From Batkoa obscura (taxonomy: Eukaryota): 64,000 nucleotides of DNA. Every line of letters begins with the position of its first letter. Position 1 is the stretch's first letter. The position numbers and the translations under genes are program-made. Of the stretch, positions 39,630 to 50,908 are shown in pieces. Where the stretch lies: positions 620,001-684,000 of the forward strand of contig JASVEC010000011.1 of the NCBI GenBank assembly GCA_030770535.1. The letters are read 5' to 3'. The notes under the pieces are model-generated. The model had not been told where the DNA came from. It saw nothing but the letters and a program-made list of their open reading frames with translations, and searched no databases.

Positions 39630-39900
39630 ACATGCTTGGTCACCAGGTGCGTTAAAGCCTCAGCGATATCATGCTTTGTATCTGGTATTATTCACTATCT
39701 AAACTTACCTCCTCAGTTCACTCCATCCAGTGTAGAATCCCTCACCAATTGGAAAACTCCCACGATGTCTTGAGTCCTAGAGTCTTCTACCATGTTAGTA
39801 TTAACTGATGGAAATATCGCATTTACGGGGATCGTAACTTCCATTTTCAGTTTACTGCTTCCTTGGTATCACATGCTTCACAATATGAGTACATCCGTTG
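39630..39900 (-). pseudogene. Decayed fragment resembling a LINE ORF2 C-terminal zinc-finger region
   Basis: GC-elevated patch reading MYSYCEACDTKEAVN*KW...LTW*KTLG...W...W with stops (CxxC...E pattern). Confidence 0.25.
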
Positions 39901-42900
39901 GTAACAACCAATCTAGCTATTACAAATTATCAATAAGTTTATAGCTGGGAGTATATTTTTTCATTAGTCTGCTTTAACTTAATTAAAAGGTTCAAAGCTT
40001 GAAATGGTTATATTTTTATATTTATATATATCTAACACAATATTGTATTGGTTAAAAATTTATAACAATTTTGCTTTAACATTATTATATTCTAAAAAAC
40101 ATTCTTAGAAAAAAAATTGTATTTTTTTTTTAAATTATGAGAGAATTTATTGATTCTCAAGTGTTTCGTTGATAGATATAAAGTAGATAAATTAATGGAG
40201 TTAGAGGACTAGAGATATATCTAGGTAATGATGTGGATATGTTTTAGGATGTGCTATAATTAGAACAAAGGTTTTTCCTGAAAGCTGAAAGGGTTTGATT
40301 TTTCAATTCAATCCAACTTAAAATTAAATATAAAAATCTCTGGTTGAATAATTTACTCTGTTGTATTGACATGATCAAAAATAACCTGTCAAACTTAACT
40401 TTATTTTTATTAAAATTCTAAAAGTAAAAAATTTGATGATTCCTAATAAACTATTCATATATATTCATGGTTTCCGTTAGGGCTCCATATAACTCGTCTT
40501 TAACATATATTTATTGAAAACTTTATGTGTAATATCTATAACTGAAATTTTTGTACAGGCAGGAATTTAGTATGTATAAGTCTGCAATAAAAGAATTTGT
40601 AAGAAAAGCTGTATAATAAATAAAAATTATAAGAACACAGCCTATGCTTAAATGCTTATAAATGGTTCTGATATAAGATGCGCTTATAGAGCTTTAAATA
40701 TTATCAGGCCATTTATAAATAACTAGAAAAGTATTTGTTAATAAATTTTATAAGTTGCCTTCAAAATATAAAAGGATATTCAATTAGTAGAAGACTTTAG
40801 AGCTTATATGCAAAAGGTTTTTAAAAGTTATAAGTATAAGATAAAGGAAGGATCTGAAAAAAGTAAGTGTCAGGTTATATGGCAATTCACTATTATTTTT
40901 AGATTGAATTGGTTATTATAGAATCGACAAGCATCCCCACCTTTTGTCATTTATGTTAATAGTTTAACTTTTTTAATCTCATTTATTACTATAAAATATT
41001 CACTATTCCAATTTCATTTTTAAGACTTAATCACTTTTACCTATAATTAAAATTCAAAAGTTCAAAAATCTAGAAAATTTCAAATGCAATTTATATAGTT
41101 TTATTAATTTTAATTTTTCTCCACTATAGTTTTATAGCTCAGCACCATGTTTAAATCTAATTTAATTCGATTAATCCGTTTGAAAGTTTATTTCTAAAAG
41201 CTTATCAATTCTATTTTATTTTATCTTATTTTCTGTATAAACGAAGGTTTTAGCTTAAAGCATATACTAATTAAAATCATCAAATAATTACAATGTATTA
41301 TATTGGTGAGAATAATTGTTTATGTTATTTAAATTAATATTGCAATAATCTTTGCTAATAATTAATCTAGGGTCTTGTTCTTAAAAATACTACGCAAATT
41401 ATCGATAAAAGTAATATAATAACTTTATTGAATCTGATATGTTTAGGGCATATCCTCACATTTAAATTTGTAACATAAGCTATTATGATTTGCATATATA
41501 AAATCGATAAATTATTTAATAGTACAGCTAACTGATAATAAAATAATATGATACAATTAATGATAAATATAGCAACGTTTTATAATATAAAAGGTAATAA
41601 GTAGATTTTAAATGTATGAGATATAATATAAAATTTAAGGGATAATCATGTATTTTTTAGTTGTGTGGAAATCCAGTAGACATTAAATGTTTCATACTTA
41701 CTCACGCTTATCATAAAAAAATGTGTAATTTTAGTTTTTTTATAAGCTAAGCCCATTTAATATGTAATAACCATCTTCTAAGAGTAATCCAAGGTTTACA
41801 AGGTATATATGATAAAAAATAGCTTATACTACTGTTTGATGTCAAATCTCATATATACAAAGTCACACAAACGATATTTACATACTTAATTGCATTATAC
41901 ACACATTTTCGTCACGCTATATTTGACCAATTAAATCGCTGTTCAAATATGTTTACTTCTTTTTCATAATTGGATATCTTCCATTTTAATGTATTTTAAT
42001 ATAAGAAAATTCCCCCGCTATAGGTACTAAAGAGCCATATCAAAAATTAATTTATGTAATATAATAAAATAAATATTGATAAAACATAGCCAATTAACAA
42101 TTTTATATTCTTTCAAATATCTTTAATATTAATTTGATTAAAAATCAACTTTTTAGTGTCTGATAATTTTTCAATTGAAATTGATTGTATTCCTAAATTA
42201 TATTTAGCCTTACACAAAAAATAATCAAAGGTGAAAAATAATTGAGATATAAGTGATTGTGGATAACAAATACAATATTGAATCAATATCGTAATCTAAC
42301 TAACTGTCAGTGTATTCAAAGCAAAATGAATTAATAATTAAAGTTTTTAGCTTTAATTTAATATTCTTAATAAAGTAACCAGAATTTTAGCTTAGAATTA
42401 ATATTATCATGATAAAAGACACTCAAATATTGTGTGATCAAAATAATCTAGATTATAATGTGGCTTATTTGAAATTTGACGTTAAAAATCTCATCTATTA
42501 AAATTGATTCTAACATAATTCAATCTTTAGTTTAGCCTCACTTTGAGTTTGATTATACTTTGCACCACATATTATATATATTAATTAACTTCATCAAGTG
42601 TGATACTTAAAAGCGATCTTTGCAGTAATTCTTTGTTACTCCATTACTATTTCACAGTTATAATATACTATTTTATTTTATAAGAAAGAAAGATAGTAGT
42701 AAGGTACAGATGAGTTGCATAAAAATTTATTAAATATGGTTACTTATTATATCTAATTATATAATAATCGTAGATAAACTTTTTTATTCAATGACTCGCT
42801 AACTCAAATAGTAAAAGGTTAGGGTGAACATACTCGATGCTTAATCTTGGCTTTGTAAAATCCATCCCTATCTAATGGTCAAAATAGGTGACTTCACAAA

Positions 42901-43696
42901 ATCTCAAGAAATATTTGTCCTTGTCAAATAGCATTGTATTATTTTCTTCCTTGATTGATAATAATTGGATATTTTGTTTTATTCACTCTTTGCGTAATTA
43001 TATTTAAATTTTATAACAGTAAATGAACAATATTTAATTAAAAAATATAAACGAATAGATGACCAATGAAAGCTTACATTATACAATATGATTGAATGGC
43101 TTATTCAATAAACATTGAGTCAAGTTTTATTTAACATTACACTCCTTTTTACTCCTTACCCCTAAATAACTTTTAATATTTAATATTGTATTGATGGTGT
43201 ACTTCCAATTTTGATTATGGGGTAGAATGTGTTCAAGAAACTTAGCTTATAAATCCATTTTTGGGATATATTTGAGTAAAATTTGCCCCTGCAACCTAAT
43301 AAATATGTGTTTTTACCATGAGAAATGAAAACATAGCATTGAAATAAGATTAATAGCCAATTAACTTCAATAAATATATTTTATCACTTAAAACTAAAAG
43401 CTAGGAGATGTATACTATCTTTTAAAATCAGTTAAACCAAAAAAGATTTTAGAATCTGGGCACTATATAAAGCCCCAGGTTGGTAATCTGGGACATAATA
43501 ACAGTTTTTAATATTTTGCTATAATTCTTTTACTACTCTAATATAATTTATTTTATATCAACAGTATAACGCTATAATCTAACTATTTCAAGTTATCATT
43601 TAACAAATATCAAGTAAACTTTGTAAGTATTACTTTAACCAATAACGCCTATATTTTCGAACTTTGTGTATTTATTAAATAATCTAATATCCTAAA

Positions 43697-44584
43697 ATGA
43701 ATTCAATTAAAACAGAAACTCCTATCGATAACAATACTTTAAAGCCAACTCCTACATTGAAAAAAACCAATGGGAAAAGAGGGCAATCTAATCGTACTAG
43801 TAAAAATCCCGGAGAAAGACCCTTTAAATGTACTTACTGCCCTAAAGCTTTTCATCGCTTAGAACACCAAACACGCCACATTCGTACTCATACTGGCGAA
43901 AAGCCATATTCATGCTCTTTTGCTGGTTGCGAAAAGAAATTCTCACGTTCAGATGAATTAACAAGGCATAATAAAATACATGCTAAACGTATGCAACAGA
44001 TGCGCGAATCGATGAACGAACAAAACTATTTACTACCTTACGCACATGTCTTAAGTAATAACTTTTTCTTAAACCCATACTTAAGATACCCACAAGACTA
44101 CTTAAAACAAAACGAACAAACACATCAGCAAATTGTATACAATCAACAAGAATTTATTCCTGTTGTTCCATCAAACTATCCTATCGATATCAATGGACAA
44201 ATTTCTACAAATTTATTCCAAATTCAATACGTAAATGGATGCGAAAATCAATTAAACCAGTGGCAACTTCCAGTTGACTTGAGTTATTTTCAAGAATCAA
44301 ACGGCTCTTCTACTCCCGAAACTGACTTGAGCTATAATTCAACTTTAAATACACCTTTGGTTAACGGCCAAAACAGCTGGGAATTTCAAGATGTTTTCTT
44401 AACTAAGCCAGAACCATCTTATGATTATTCTAATTTAGATTATAATAATCGTAGTGGTAAAATTGACGATATCCTAAACCAACCTCAATTATTTGAGTCT
44501 ATTCAAGATAAATTCCATCCTTCTCGTCTCCCACCTTTACAACATTTATTAGAAAATACCTCCAAATCAAATGTTCAGTTGTAA
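43697..44584 (+). CDS. creA: Carbon catabolite repressor CreA/Mig1 family
   Basis: [30 protein letters not shown]...[14 protein letters not shown] signature and C-terminal LPPLQHL effector-like motif. Confidence 0.92.
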   Translation: MNSIKTETPIDNNTLKPTPTLKKTNGKRGQSNRTSKNPGERPFKCTYCPKAFHRLEHQTRHIRTHTGEKPYSCSFAGCEKKFSRSDELTRHNKIHAKRMQQMRESMNEQNYLLPYAHVLSNNFFLNPYLRYPQDYLKQNEQTHQQIVYNQQEFIPVVPSNYPIDINGQISTNLFQIQYVNGCENQLNQWQLPVDLSYFQESNGSSTPETDLSYNSTLNTPLVNGQNSWEFQDVFLTKPEPSYDYSNLDYNNRSGKIDDILNQPQLFESIQDKFHPSRLPPLQHLLENTSKSNVQL

Positions 44585-47043
44585 ACTAAAACATAGTCAT
44601 CTCCCCTTCCTTTGCATAAATAACTTATTTTTGCTCCTAATTTAAATGTACTTTAATAGTGTAAATTAAATAAATTCTATTTATTAAGTAATCTCTAATA
44701 CATTTTATTTTTTAACATAATAACAAGTTCTCATTTAGACGTATAATTGTTATATCATTTAATATTATCCTTAGCACATGTTTAGATGGTTAACGTTTTT
44801 CTAAAAGAAAAAAGGGTTAAGGGTGTATATAATAAAATTATTTTTAGTATATTTATCCTTACTTTTGGGAGCTAAAAAAATCAATTGTTTTACAAACTAA
44901 GTATATTTAATTATATTAGTTACGCGTAGCATGCATTATACTCAAATGTTATATCCTTGTGATAAGATTAATTTTATTTACAAAACAGATAAAAAAATAA
45001 TTTATTTTTATAGTTCATAAATTTACCTATTGAAATAAGATTGTTTAATGTATAACTTTATAAAGCAATTATATTATAAAGTAATTATTTAAAGCTTATA
45101 AAAGGTAAGTTATTATATACAATAGGTGCCCATCAAAATATATACCAATCTGTTAAAAATAACTTTTGGAATTCTTTTTGAATAAATACTAGCATATGCA
45201 TGCATTTTCTAATAAAATTAATAAATGAAAACAACTTAAACGTGTATTTAATAATCCTTTATTATCAAGAACAATAAAAATTTATACTCATATTGCTATT
45301 TATAAAATTAATATATATTAAACTGGGACTTGTATTTAAAAATAGAACTTCATCCTCTACCTAAGGTTTTAAACTTAAATTCAAATATGACTATTTTGAA
45401 TTCCCATCTGTTACAAAAACTTGGGATTTAAAAGATGATCAAGTTAATTTTTTTAAATTCCAAGTTTTAAGGAAGGCTTTCATTTATTTAAAGGTTTAGA
45501 TAATTAACATTTTTGGTTTTCATGATATGTACTACATTATCACCTGAAAAAGGTGTAGTAGTCAAAAACACCTCATTTTTTTGATTTAACAACATGGCTG
45601 AAAAAGCACAATTTCCAGCGCAAATAGTTTTTAAAACTATTAAACTACTCACCTTATTTGTATATACTTCTGATTTATCTAATTAACTACTCTGTTTTAT
45701 AAAAAGATTATTGTTTGCTCTGTTTTTTATTAACGTGATATTTAAGGCTTAAGCACAAACAACATAATAATATTAATAATATAGCTTTTGAATCACTATT
45801 AATAATAATGATTTTTTATAAATAGGGGCCTTTTACCTCAAAATATTCATAGCAAAAATAAAGTGTTAAAAAAGGGTTAAAGAGTTATATGCTAAGCATT
45901 TTGCCTTGTATAAGTCCGAAAAAGGTTTCAAGGTTTAGGGCATCTTCACTTCATTCTCTGATTAATTTCCAACATTTAATTAAATCCTTGGGTGCAAAAC
46001 AATGGTATTTTTTTAAGGATTGAGGATTTTTTTTCCCTTCTTAATAGGGAGTTTTTTAAAATGTTATTAAATCACAGCATGAGATATTGTTATTCGAAAA
46101 GGTATTAATTTATAGTCTTACAATATTTGAAGTAAGTATTTATCTTAGAAAACCTGCATTTAAATGTAAAAAACAAGTAAAATCGATAAATTCAGTATTA
46201 AATGTATCTAACACCAATTTAGGTCTCAGCAATACAGATTACCCATTACACATTCTATCAACATACATGTGAAACTACCAACAATAACTTTTAGAGTACA
46301 TCTAGCTCCTATTCTATAAAACAACAATAACTAAAAATGTCGCTATATCAAAAGTAGAGTTTTAAATATCGCTGAAACTATTTCTACTTTCTATTTTATG
46401 AGATTATAATAGCTCTTGTCTATATAATTTACTTTAAAATTTTTGACTACTTTAGCTTTTAAGGTTTATGTCAGAAAACAGTCCCTTTATTCATTGAAAT
46501 TTAAAATATATACTAGAATAATAGCGAATATCATGTACAAATAAATACAAAACCACAAACATAACATAGATTATTGAGATATCAAGAATTTTAACCTGAT
46601 ATGGGGGATATCTAAGAAGCATATGCTAAACTTATATTACAACCGAAATAACAGTTAAAAATTGGGACAAACATAGCCATCTAACTTTTGGAAGTTGATT
46701 TAATAGATTTGTTATTTTGAGCAATTTGTGAATAACTGGGTTATGTTTCTACTGAGTCCAAAATTTACAACTGTAATCAAATGGGGTGTTTTTTCGTTTA
46801 AGGAGTTAGGAGTTTTTCGGATTTTATACTATTTTTAAAATGAACAAAACATTGTAACAAAATAAGCATTCTCAGATGTATTTTTTCATAACTCCCTGGG
46901 TAAATAATAGCAATGGGCTTATGTAAAAATATAAAAAGAGGAAATAAGGATAATGTCAGCAATAATCAATCATTATGATCAATCTTTTATTCAAAATGCT
47001 TTTACAGTTTAATAAATTGGCTTTACATTACAAAAATCTGGCT

Positions 47044-47155
47044 TTATAATATCCGGTAAAGAATGCCCAATAAAGAATGCCCGATAAAAAATACCCGATA
47101 AAAAATGCCCGATGAAAAATGCCTGATAAAAAATACTCAATAAAAAGTATCTGGT
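47044..47155. repeat. 14-bp minisatellite (AAAAAATGCCCGAT), ~8 units
   Basis: Units at 47058, 47072, 47086, 47100, 47114, 47128 and 47142, plus a degenerate first unit. Confidence 0.9.
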
Positions 47156-48606
47156 AAAAATTTTTTTAATTACAAAAACTGTATTTGACACCTATGTTTA
47201 CCTTACAGCTAATAGTAATATGTAATATCTATAAGTGCTCATTAAAACCATTATCATCAAGCTTATATTTGATTATGATCTAGTTAATAAGTAAGAAAAT
47301 AAAATTCAACAATCAAAGTTTAAATAATTAATTTAATATAGAGTGATGTTCTGATAATTCTTTATTTACAATTTTGATAAGTCTGTAGCAAAACTATACT
47401 CATTTAAAATTGGCTAGTATTATTATTTATTGTTCTTAGGACAGTGGCAATTTTCTGCATGAGTTGTATATGTATGGCTTTCCGAAAACCTGTATTCGAG
47501 TGTTTTGAGCATGTTCTTGCTAGTTTCAACTTTACATCCAAATTCTCCTTCTGTAATCTCGTGATGGCTAGTAAATGTCGAATTCTGATATACATTGTAT
47601 GCTCCTTTGATGGCTTTACTCGCAGCTACAACAGATAGACTAGTTGAAAGTATAGATTTCAAGTCTCTTTGGCGATAACCTAGGATATTCCATATAGCGG
47701 GTCTCATTTTCCTGACGTTATATATGTTAATGTATTATAGATAAGTACGTTATATTGGATGTTATATTTTAAATGTAAAATATTTTTATTTTAATCAATC
47801 ACCTACTTCAATTAGGATTATATATTTGAAATTTTTTTAGAAGTGCTGGGTACCTATGATACATATTTTTTAATATGACTCATCTTTAAGTATACTTTAT
47901 AGTAACAATACGCCAGTAGCCAAATTTTCAACACTAGAAAATTATCACAAAAAGTGGTTTTTCAAAGATTTAATAAAAAACTAAAATGAAGCTATAGTTT
48001 GATTTGCTAATTACTACTCAAAATCTAAATTTAGGCTTTCAAGAAACTGCATTTCTAGATATAATTATGATTATGGATTACAAATTGCAATTAGCTATTT
48101 TTTATTCCTGTTAATTTGCTAAAAATTTCTGCTATAATATACATTTTGACTTTTTGGAGCTTAGTTTAATTTTATTTAAAAAGTATGGAATTTTAATTGT
48201 TTAAATCAATAATTTCATTAAATTTTAATTTGTTTTAATAAAATTTTTTGCTTTTGTTTGTATTTTTGATAATTTTTTTTAGTTTTTTAATTTTTTAATT
48301 TTTTAATTTTTTTTAAATTATTTCACTAATATTATAAGGTATTTTAATATAATTATAATGTTAATGTATTATGAATATAATGCAATAGCTTTTTATTAAT
48401 ATTTAGAAATAATAAATTTAAAAGTATATAAAAGTATTCTTTATTTATTTAATAATTTCACTAATAATTTTTCCATTCAAATAATACTTAACAAATAAAA
48501 AAAAAAGATAAAACTAAAAAATATTAAAATATTTTTTCTCAATTATTTTAATATTTTTTATACTAATTTTTATATTTTACTAATTTTATAACTATTTTTA
48601 ACATAT

Positions 48607-48702
48607 AAGGATGTTTTTTTTAGTTTCATTACTTTCTCCATTTTTTAAGCGTTATTTGAGTGAAAGGATTGTTAATAAAATTTTTAAAAAAAATACATCC
48701 CC
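48607..48702 (+). mobile_element. 99-bp MITE copy 9
   Basis: Consensus match. Flanks ATAT/ATAT. Confidence 0.9.
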
Positions 48703-48755
48703 ATATAACAACTTTCAGTAGCAAAATTAGCTAAAGTTAATTAAAGCCATCATAT

Positions 48756-48854
48756 GGGGATATATTTTTTTGTTTAAAATTTTTATTAACAATCATTTCA
48801 CTCAAATAACGCTTAAAAAATGGAGAAAGTAATGAAACTAAAAAAAGCATCCTC
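48756..48854 (-). mobile_element. 99-bp MITE copy 10 (inverted partner of copy 9)
   Basis: Reverse-complement match. Flanks ATAT/ATAT. Confidence 0.9.
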
Positions 48855-48987
48855 ATATTTTTGAATTTATACTACTTAATTGCAAAAAACATTATATTTA
48901 TATTTTAATGCTTATATTTGGCAACTATAATAATGAATAATTGTTATTATGTTTTTTATATATAGCTATCCAGTTAAAATATATCTT

Positions 48988-49759
48988 TGTGAAAGTTGGT
49001 ACTCAGTGGTAGGAGTTAAAAGCAGTTCTTGGTTGGTTAACTTGCCTTGAGTCGAAAGGTCTTAGTTTATGTAACTAAGATAGACTTAAATGAATAGGAA
49101 TAATACGTAATAAGTTACGAACTATGTAAAATAAATAGAATAGACAATACTACTGTAAAATCTACGTAAGATGTTGTCAGAAAGACCTAGTGGCTTTATT
49201 AATAGTACGATATCAGGGAGTAATTCAGTTAAAAAGCCTCGAGTTATCATATTGAGGAATCTCTTTTATACTCCAATAAGTATGGATATCAAACGAGAGG
49301 ATTATATTCTTTGCAATATGAAGTTAGAAATTCTCACAACAAATCAAAATAAGGGACTCTGAATTGATTGTGTTTGAACTTGAGAACACAACAACTTAAG
49401 TGATTGTTGTGTTATAATCAATCCGAGAGCTAAATAAAGCAATATTTCACATCTTTTTAAATATAATAACTTGAAACTTTTTAAACTATTTTTTAATATT
49501 ATACCTTTTAATAAAGCTATTAGGTATTATTTATAATATTTTATATAAATTTTACAATAGGTCTTTCTGACAATATCTTACGTAGATTTTACAGTAATAT
49601 CGTCTATTCCATTTGTTTTACATAGTTCATAGCCTATTATGCACTATTTTTACTAATTTAAGTCTATCTTAGTTACATAAACTAAGACCGTTTGACCCAA
49701 GGCAAGTTAATCAACCAAGAACTGCTTTTAACTCCAACCACTGAGTACCAACTTCCACA
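48988..49759. mobile_element. 772-bp foldback/non-autonomous DNA element with 202-bp inverted arms and TGT...ACA termini
   Basis: 48988-49189 is the reverse complement of 49558-49759 at ~90% identity (TGTGAAAGTTGGTACTCAGTGG... / ...CCACTGAGTACCAACTTCCACA). No clean TSD. Confidence 0.8.
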
Positions 49760-49863
49760 CTAGCTTTATAAATAATTAGAAATTATTTGATATCTTTAAA
49801 ATAATTATAACAATATTAGAAAGCTTTAATTTAAGCTTATACTTGCTTTATTTTTAATTATAT

Positions 49864-50167
49864 GGGGATGCTTTTTTTGGCTTCATCACTTTTTCCATCT
49901 TTTAAGTACTATTTGAGGATGTTTTTTTGGTTTCATTACTTTTTCCACTTTTTAAGCGCTATTTGAGCGGAAAGATTGTTAGTAAAATCCTTAAACAAAA
50001 AAATACATCCCCATTTGAACGGAAAAATTGTTAGTAAAATTTTTAAATACAAAAATACATCCTCATATGGGGGTGTTTTTTTTGGTTTCATTATTTTTTC
50101 CATTTTTTAAGCGCTATTTGAGCGGAAAGATTGTTAGTAAAATTCTTAAACAAAAAAATACACCCCC
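49864..50167 (+). mobile_element. MITE cluster: copy 11 (49864-50064) interrupted by copy 12 (49915-50012), then tandem copy 13 (50069-50167)
   Basis: Copy 12 is flanked by ATTT/ATTT, which occurs once in uninterrupted copies. Copies 11 and 13 share the ATAT at 50065-50068. Confidence 0.92.
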
Positions 50168-50363
50168 ATATTATTATTTAAATAATGAATTAAATTTTTA
50201 ACTTTATATTTTAAGTTTAAAAATATCTCGATAAAATTAAAAAAAACTATACTGAAATAAAATTAATAATTAAATTAACAGCTTTGATAAAAAGTTGGAG
50301 TCTTTTTTAAATTATATAAACGTTTGTATTAATAATATATACTATTTTTTATAATTATTATAT

Positions 50364-50435
50364 GGGAATGTATTTTTGTTTAAGAATTTTACTAACAAAC
50401 TTTCCGTTCAAATAGTGAAGCCAAAAAACACCCCC
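50364..50435 (-). mobile_element. Internally deleted MITE copy 14
   Basis: Both termini and ATAT/ATAT flanks are intact, with a ~27-bp internal deletion. Confidence 0.85.
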
Positions 50436-50731
50436 ATATATTTTTGAATATAAATTTATCGTAAAATTATAAAAAAAATTATTTGCTATATTAAATTTAG
50501 TTTTATTAATAGTTATATATTTTTTAATGCTAAACTCAGTAATCATATTAACATAATATATACTTTTAAAATTGACTCTAATATTAAAATGGTTTTTTTT
50601 TAACAATATAACAATTAAAGTAAATTTTGTCTATATAAATAAATTTATAATTTTATAATTTTTTATATTTATTAATATGAAATTTTTGGCAAATTAACAA
50701 CAATGAAAGAATCTAATCACAATTGTAATAC

Positions 50732-50908
50732 ATTTGCGTTTTTTGCTAACTTATTTTCGTTGGTTTCCATCTCAATTTGAAACAAAGTGGACTTTAATGC
50801 GATTATGCGGTTATGCTAACGGAAAATATTTATAAAGTCTTGTAAGGAAGTAACTCTATTGCAAATTAAATTGAAACTAACAAAAAAGGACTAGTAAAAA
50901 ACGCAAAT
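50732..50908. mobile_element. Degenerate foldback/MITE with ~60-bp imperfect inverted arms
   Basis: ATTTGCGTTTTTTGCTAAC...GTTGGTTTCCATCTCAATTTG versus the reverse complement of the right arm, ATTTGCGTTTTTTACTAGT...GTTAGTTTCAATTTAATTTG. Confidence 0.6.

Noticed and set aside
46783..46802. GGGGTGTTTTTTCGTTTAAG and CAAAAACACCTC-ATTT (~45563) as MITE ends
   Set aside because: Short, divergent, no internal homology, and they do not enclose an element
49864..50435. MITE cluster and the 47-kb minisatellite as a CRISPR-like array
   Set aside because: Eukaryotic context, no unique regular spacers, no cas genes; the repeats have TIRs and TSDs or are simple tandem units
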